Below, in pieces: positions 58,766-64,000 of a stretch of DNA of 64,000 nucleotides (positions are counted from its first letter, which is position 1; each line of letters opens with the position of its first letter). The DNA comes from Dehalococcoidia bacterium. Lineage in GTDB: Bacteria > Chloroflexota > Dehalococcoidia > Plut-88900. The DNA is taken from positions 1,923,437 to 1,987,436 of the forward strand of contig OZ240221.1 of assembly GCA_965197675.1 (NCBI GenBank). The letters are read 5' to 3'. A program made the position numbers and the translations under genes. The notes beneath the pieces are model-generated. The model was not told the DNA's origin and did no database searches. It saw nothing but the letters and a program-made list of their open reading frames with translations.

Positions 58766-60530
58766 CTACGCCCTAGCTTGTTCCTTCGTAGATGAGCTGG
58801 CGCGCTCCGGACTTCGTCACGTGTGTATTTGCCCTGGGTCTCGCTCCAGCCCTATTACCATCGGCTTCGCAAGGCATCCCAGTGTCAAGACCTGGGTTCA
58901 CCTGGACGAGAGGTCTGCTGCCTTCTTTACCCTGGGCATCGGCAAGGCTCTGGGAGAACCGGCAGCGGTGGTCTGTACGTCTGGGACGGCAGTGGCCAAC
59001 CTGCTGCCGGCCGTGGTGGAGGCTAAATACTCTTACACGCCCCTTCTGCTGCTCACCGCCGATCGCCCACCTGAGACGTGGGAATGGGGCGCCTCTCAGA
59101 CTATTTTACAGTCTCGAATATTCGGGGTGCATGCAAAGTGGGCCACGGATATACCAACGGTGGAGGTGACGGGAGACTTACTGAGGTACGTGAGGGCTAC
59201 GGCGTGCAGGGCTATGGCGGAAGCTTACGCCGCCCCTGCCGGGCCAGTACACGTGAACCTGTCCTTCCGAGAACCGCTGGCACCGGAGGAGGTGGCGGAA
59301 GATTTCGACTGGCGCTCTCTGCGGCAAGACAACCAAGCTTGGGAGGGACGCCCTCAAGATTCTCCGTTCATATCAGTCCCCAATCCCAGGGCGACCATTT
59401 CTAATGAGCCGATTGACGAGCTGAGTAAAAAGCTGGCTGGTATAGAGCGGGGGGTCATCGTTTGTGGACCTCAGTCATCACCCGATTTCCCCGATAAGGT
59501 ATCCCGACTGGCGACTGCTTTGAAGTATCCGATATTGTCGGACTCGCTTTCACAAGTACGATGCGGCCCTCATGACAGAGGTCAGGTCATAGATAACTAC
59601 GACCTGTTTCTTCGACATGAGGGGACGTCAACTCAGCTGGCGCCGAAGGTGATTATGAGATTCGGCGCCATACCCACGTCCAAGGTTCTCAACCGGTACC
59701 TGGAAAGGTACAGGTCTGTGGAGCAGATACTGGTGGCCGAGGAAGGATGGCACGATCCCACGCATTTGGCTTCTGAGATAATCCGCGGAGATGTAGTTGA
59801 ATTATGCGACCAGTTGACTCTCCGTCTACAACTCGAATCCTCTCCATCCTCATGGTCGGAAGAATGGCTGTCAGTTCGAAACCGAGTAAATGAGGCTTCC
59901 CAGGCTGCCTTGGGAGACATGGACGAGCTGTTCGAGGGGAAGGTATTCAGTGAAATCGAGAATATGCTACCGGATGAAGCCATCTTGTTCGCGGGAAACA
60001 GCATGCCCGTGAGGGATATGGATGCTTTCCTTTCCAAGACCTCCAAGTCAGTCCACTGCATGGCCAATCGAGGAGCGAGCGGGATCGATGGCGTGGTCTC
60101 TACTGCATTGGGCGTCGGTGCTGCGACTGATGCGCCACTTGTCCTGGCGCTGGGCGATCTGTCGTTCTATCACGATATGAACGGGCTTCTCCCGGCTAAG
60201 CAGCATCAGATCAACGTCACAATAGTAGTGATCAACAATGACGGCGGGGGCGTCTTTTCTTTCTTACCCCAGGCCAACCACACGGATGTTTTCGAAGAGT
60301 ATTTCGGGACGCCTCACGGACTGGAGTTTCGATCTGCTGCCGAGCTTTACGGACTCCAATATACCAAAATCTCATCCTGGGATGAGTTTCGCCAAGCTGT
60401 TTCCAGCAGTCTATCAATGATGGGAACTAACATCATAGAAGTGCCGGGTGATAGAGCCAGGAACATGGACCTGCACAAAGGGCTTTGGGGAACTGTCTCG
60501 AATGCCCTTCACGTTCACGCCAAGGAGTAG
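58746..60530 (+). CDS. menD: 2-succinyl-5-enolpyruvyl-6-hydroxy-3-cyclohexene-1-carboxylate synthase (TPP-dependent)
   Basis: MenD N-terminal pattern and a TPP-binding region. Confidence 0.8.
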   Translation: MKFENRNYALACSFVDELARSGLRHVCICPGSRSSPITIGFARHPSVKTWVHLDERSAAFFTLGIGKALGEPAAVVCTSGTAVANLLPAVVEAKYSYTPLLLLTADRPPETWEWGASQTILQSRIFGVHAKWATDIPTVEVTGDLLRYVRATACRAMAEAYAAPAGPVHVNLSFREPLAPEEVAEDFDWRSLRQDNQAWEGRPQDSPFISVPNPRATISNEPIDELSKKLAGIERGVIVCGPQSSPDFPDKVSRLATALKYPILSDSLSQVRCGPHDRGQVIDNYDLFLRHEGTSTQLAPKVIMRFGAIPTSKVLNRYLERYRSVEQILVAEEGWHDPTHLASEIIRGDVVELCDQLTLRLQLESSPSSWSEEWLSVRNRVNEASQAALGDMDELFEGKVFSEIENMLPDEAILFAGNSMPVRDMDAFLSKTSKSVHCMANRGASGIDGVVSTALGVGAATDAPLVLALGDLSFYHDMNGLLPAKQHQINVTIVVINNDGGGVFSFLPQANHTDVFEEYFGTPHGLEFRSAAELYGLQYTKISSWDEFRQAVSSSLSMMGTNIIEVPGDRARNMDLHKGLWGTVSNALHVHAKE

Positions 60531-60541
60531 CTGTGGCCCGG

Positions 60542-61360
60542 ATGCCAATCAACGGGGTGAATCTGAACGTGGACGTAGTTGGCGAGGGTCCACCGGTGTT
60601 AGCGCTTCATGGATTTACTGGGGACATGAGTACTTGGGATGGGCTGGTGCGTAACGCTGAAACGGAGTTCACCTTTGTGAGGGTGGACCTACTAGGACAT
60701 GGTGGTTCCGACTCTCCCCCTGACGCAGATAGATACTCAATGGAGTGTTGTGTCTGTGATCTGCTGGGAGTCCTGGATGCGCTTGACGTTCACCGGGCAA
60801 TCTGGCTCGGCTATTCCATGGGAGGACGCATCTGCTTGCATGCAGCGATGTCAGAGCCGGAGCGGTTTCAGGCTTTGATTCTGGAGAGCGCTTCCTACGG
60901 AATCATAGACGAGGGTGAGAGGATACGACGCCGTGAGAAAGACGCCCGTTTGGCTGACATGATTGAGGAAGAGGGGATTTCGACATTTGTGGACTACTGG
61001 GAGACGCAACCGCTATTCAAGAGTCAAGAGCGATTGCCCAAAGACGTCAGGGAGAGGGTAAGAAGTCAACGCCTGCAAAACGATCCGGTAGGCCTGGCTA
61101 ACAGCCTCTTAAGTCTGAGCACAGGTCGCCAACTATCTTTACATAATAATCTTAGCTTTTTGGATTTCCCGATTCTCTTCGTGACTGGAAGGGAGGATGA
61201 TAAGTTCTGTCGGATAGGCAGGTCCCTAACCGACCAGGTAGCTGGAGGAGCTATGACCATCATCCCGGAAGCGGGCCACGCGGTGCACCTGGAACAACCT
61301 GAGCGATTCAACGAGGTGGTTCTGGACTTTATGAGAGCACACAGTAAACGAAAGCTATGA
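60542..61360 (+). CDS. menH: 2-succinyl-6-hydroxy-2,4-cyclohexadiene-1-carboxylate synthase (alpha/beta hydrolase)
   Basis: Start set to ATG 60542. HGFTG and GYSMGG motifs. Confidence 0.65.
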   Translation: MPINGVNLNVDVVGEGPPVLALHGFTGDMSTWDGLVRNAETEFTFVRVDLLGHGGSDSPPDADRYSMECCVCDLLGVLDALDVHRAIWLGYSMGGRICLHAAMSEPERFQALILESASYGIIDEGERIRRREKDARLADMIEEEGISTFVDYWETQPLFKSQERLPKDVRERVRSQRLQNDPVGLANSLLSLSTGRQLSLHNNLSFLDFPILFVTGREDDKFCRIGRSLTDQVAGGAMTIIPEAGHAVHLEQPERFNEVVLDFMRAHSKRKL

Positions 61361-61370
61361 CATCGAAAGT

Positions 61371-62489
61371 CTATTCTCCGATACGGCCCTCAATAGCCAC
61401 GCTGTATCTTCTCATGGCCTCTCTGTCCAGGGTCACACCCAAGCCAGGGCTGGAAGGCGCAGTCAAGAGACCTTCACGTGGAGCCAAGGGGCTGGTTAGA
61501 AGGTCATGCTCCAGGAGGGCGCCTGTGGAAAGACCGCATACCTCGGATGCATCCAGAGCAGCAGAAGCCAGGTGCAGGGATGCGGCCAGCCCAATCCCCG
61601 TTTCCAGAGAAGAGGTAATTACGGTCTTCACACTCCACTCAGCGCCCGCTGATATCACGGATTGGGTCTCAATGATTCCCCCCAGCCGGGCTGCTTTTAG
61701 TATAAACACATCGGCTGCTGTAGCTCGGATGGCCCGTCGTACTGCTCCTCTGCTATCGAGGGTCTCGTCGAGGGCGATGGGTATGGGAGAGCAGGATCTG
61801 AGTTGCGCCAGGTCGGAGAATCTGGCAGTCTTTACGGGTTCCTCGACGTATTCCGGTCGGAGAACTTCCAATCTCTGGAGGTGTTCGTCAACACCTTCCA
61901 GATCCCAGGCCCGGTTGGCATCCAACCGAAGCTTTACATCGTTGCCTATGGCAATGCGAATGGCCTTCAAGACAGACATTTCTTCGTTAGCCGGCTGTAT
62001 CCCCACCTTGACCTTGATGGTCTGGTATCCGTCTGCTACTGCTTGCGATGCTTGCCGCACTGCCTGCTTAAGCGAAGCGCTTCCGATAAGTGCATTGACA
62101 GGCACAGGACGCGGCCGTCCTCCCAGTAGACTGGAAAGAGGTATACCTTTGTCTTGGCCGATGGCATCGAGGGAGGCCGTCTCCAGGGCGAAACGTAAAG
62201 CGGCAGCGTCTGAACTGCTTGCCAACAGGCTGGATACCTGTGCGGATACAGCGTCCAGCGGCGTTCCTATTAGCTTTGAGGACAAGCTGTCAAGGACAGA
62301 GTCGAGTCGAGTCAAACCTAGGTGTCCTGCATTCAGTGGGGTGGGCGCCTCGCCTATACCCGTAATGCCCAAATCGGTATGGAGCCGTATAAGCAGGCTG
62401 GAGCGCTCACTAATAATCCCTGCCGTGGTTGCAAGAGACTCTCGCAGGGGTACGCGAATGCCCCGCCAGCTAACACTTTTTACTTTCAT
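61371..62489 (-). CDS. menC: o-succinylbenzoate synthase (enolase superfamily MR/MLE)
   Basis: MR/MLE catalytic pattern. On the opposite strand, inside the men cluster. Confidence 0.65.
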   Translation of the reverse strand: MKVKSVSWRGIRVPLRESLATTAGIISERSSLLIRLHTDLGITGIGEAPTPLNAGHLGLTRLDSVLDSLSSKLIGTPLDAVSAQVSSLLASSSDAAALRFALETASLDAIGQDKGIPLSSLLGGRPRPVPVNALIGSASLKQAVRQASQAVADGYQTIKVKVGIQPANEEMSVLKAIRIAIGNDVKLRLDANRAWDLEGVDEHLQRLEVLRPEYVEEPVKTARFSDLAQLRSCSPIPIALDETLDSRGAVRRAIRATAADVFILKAARLGGIIETQSVISAGAEWSVKTVITSSLETGIGLAASLHLASAALDASEVCGLSTGALLEHDLLTSPLAPREGLLTAPSSPGLGVTLDREAMRRYSVAIEGRIGE

Positions 62490-62552
62490 TCCACTGTCCA
62501 GATTGATGATACATCATTCAGAAACTTCCAGACTCAGGGTACTGTAGAAACG

Positions 62553-63368
62553 ATGGGAGGTGAGATGAGCTTGGACTTCGAAGACATCCTTTACCAGAAA
62601 GGCGAGGGCATCGCTAGGATCACTATAAATCGGCCGAGGGTTATGAACGCCTTCCGCCCCAGGACCATCGATGAGATGGTGGCTGCATTCCAGGACGCAT
62701 GGCATGACGAGACTGTGGGCGTGGTAGTTCTAACAGGTGCGGGTGATCGCGCCTTCTGCTCCGGAGGCGACCAGCGGCTCAAGTCGGCTGGGGGGTATAA
62801 GGACGAGAAGGGATCTACGAGGATGCAGGTGATGGAGCTTCACCGAAACATCCGCATGATTCCCAAGCCTGTGATTGCCATGGTAAACGGCTATGCCATA
62901 GGAGGAGGTCACGTGCTCCACGTTCTCTGTGATCTGAGCATCGCCAGCGAGACGGCCATCTTCGGACAGACCGGCCCGAAAGTAGGGAGCTTCGATGGCG
63001 GGTTCGGAGCGGTGTTTCTCGCCAGTATAGTTGGTGAGAAGAAGGCCAGAGAGATGTGGTACCTGTGTCACCAGTACAGCGCCGCTGAGGCCGAGAGAAT
63101 GGGGCTGGTCAACCGAGTTGTGCCTGCGGAGAAGCTGGAGGAGGAGACGATGAAGTGGTGTAGAGAGCTGCTGCAGAAAAGTCCTACCGCTCTTCGCATG
63201 ATGAAGGCATCTTTCAATGCTGCTACTGATTGGGTTTATGGACTGCAAGCTGTCGCCCATGGAGCCAACGGTCTGTTCTACGGTTCTGAAGAGGCTTTGG
63301 AGGGCAGCGGAGCCTTCCTGGAGAAGAGGGAACCGGACTTCTCGCCCTACCGTCATATGCCGTGGTAG
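62553..63368 (+). CDS. menB: 1,4-dihydroxy-2-naphthoyl-CoA synthase (crotonase fold)
   Basis: [14 protein letters not shown] and [15 protein letters not shown] motifs. Start at ATG 62553, or 62565 behind a GGAGGTG Shine-Dalgarno. Confidence 0.85.
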   Translation: MGGEMSLDFEDILYQKGEGIARITINRPRVMNAFRPRTIDEMVAAFQDAWHDETVGVVVLTGAGDRAFCSGGDQRLKSAGGYKDEKGSTRMQVMELHRNIRMIPKPVIAMVNGYAIGGGHVLHVLCDLSIASETAIFGQTGPKVGSFDGGFGAVFLASIVGEKKAREMWYLCHQYSAAEAERMGLVNRVVPAEKLEEETMKWCRELLQKSPTALRMMKASFNAATDWVYGLQAVAHGANGLFYGSEEALEGSGAFLEKREPDFSPYRHMPW

Positions 63369-64000
63369 ATGGATATGGTTAGGCTGAAGTCCACGCTGTC
63401 CTATGGGAAGGCCTGGTTCTGGGCTACCCGCCCCTTTTCCTTGAGCGCTGCTTTAGTGCCTGTCCTGGTGGGGAGTGCGGTATCTGCAACTGAAGTAAGT
63501 CTGGACTGGCTCCTATTCAGCTTTGCCCTGGTGGGGTCGCTGGCGATACAGATTGGCACCAACCTGACCGACGAGTATGCCGACCACCGTCGCGGGGTCG
63601 AGTCGAAGTATCCAGCGCCGCATAAAGTGATCCAGCAGGGCCTCCTATCGGAGACCGAGGTGCTGCTGGGTTGTTTGCTGGTCTTCGCTCTGGGAATAGG
63701 AATGGGGGTATATATCGTCTCCGAGGTAGGGTGGCCCATACTAGCGGTGGGATTAGCCAGCGTGCTGGTGGCTGTTCTATACAGTGCTGGCCCTTGGCCT
63801 CTGGGGGACGTTGGGTTGGGTGAGCTTACTGTGTTTTTCTTCATGGGGCCTCTTATGGTGATGGCCAGCTACTACGTGCAAACGGAGAACCTATCGTGGT
63901 CACCCTTTTGGGCGTCGCTGCCCGTTGCCTTTCTGGTCACCACCATCCTCCACTGTAACAACCTTCGAGACGTGGAAGAGGATAGGCAGAGCGGAAAACG
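63369..64000 (+). CDS. menA: 1,4-dihydroxy-2-naphthoate octaprenyltransferase (UbiA family), 3'-truncated by the window end
   Basis: Asp-rich motifs NLTDEYADHRRG and NNLRDVEEDRQSGK. Not in the ORF track because no stop is reached. Confidence 0.6.
   Translation, partial: MDMVRLKSTLSYGKAWFWATRPFSLSAALVPVLVGSAVSATEVSLDWLLFSFALVGSLAIQIGTNLTDEYADHRRGVESKYPAPHKVIQQGLLSETEVLLGCLLVFALGIGMGVYIVSEVGWPILAVGLASVLVAVLYSAGPWPLGDVGLGELTVFFFMGPLMVMASYYVQTENLSWSPFWASLPVAFLVTTILHCNNLRDVEEDRQSGK

Noticed and set aside
63401-63844. 147-aa minus-strand ORF in the ORF track
   Set aside because: The plus strand here encodes an unmistakable MenA/UbiA prenyltransferase with both Asp-rich motifs, truncated by the window end.

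Overview
This is a densely coding 64-kb chromosomal window. The gene content is an expansion of amidohydrolase-2, luciferase-like (LLM) oxidoreductase, enolase-superfamily, CoA-transferase and sarcosine-oxidase-like genes. That pattern, together with GC-rich intergenic repeats whose translations give FDKLRMSG / LSLSKG pseudo-peptides, points to a Chloroflexota-like (possibly SAR202-like) aerobic heterotroph; this assignment is inference from gene content only. Every product call below comes from motifs I recognised by eye in the six-frame translations; no database search was run.

The main blocks are:
- **10499..15150, minus:** a complete N-methylglutamate-type methylated-amine module, made of three split glutamate-synthase-like subunits, a glutamine-synthetase-like gene and a four-subunit sarcosine-oxidase-like dehydrogenase (soxD-A-G-B order).
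- **17461..24869, minus:** an eight-gene array of sucCD, an enolase-family dehydratase, metF, an FmdB zinc-ribbon protein, an SCP2-like protein and two paralogous ferritin-like diiron proteins, one of which has lost metal-ligand glutamates.
- **24900..33237:** a catabolic island with a LarA-like enzyme, a PanE-like reductase, an alpha/beta hydrolase, two LLM oxidoreductases, an amidohydrolase and a candidate selenoprotein. The selenoprotein reading rests on an in-frame TGA inside a U-G-S-C motif, followed 11 nt later by a SECIS-like hairpin.
- **38261..52156:** core housekeeping genes (serS, lysS, greA, rsmD, coaD, polA, mutM), including an orphan SPPY DNA methyltransferase translationally coupled to lysS.
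- **56757..64000:** a TetR gene followed by a menaquinone operon (menF-D-H, menC inverted, menB, menA partial).

Two tRNA genes are present, tRNA-Ala(GGC) and tRNA-Ser(UGA). Next to tRNA-Ala lies a decayed remnant region containing a degenerate ABC ATPase fragment and a PD-(D/E)xK-like ORF. Intergenic regions between about 36.2 and 56.7 kb carry a modular repeat family with at least seven insertions, including six copies of a perfect 9-bp-stem hairpin. A pair of 106-bp direct repeats flanks an AT-rich iteron-like segment upstream of serS. Two genes look broken: an Ldh_2-family dehydrogenase and a DUF4328 membrane protein.
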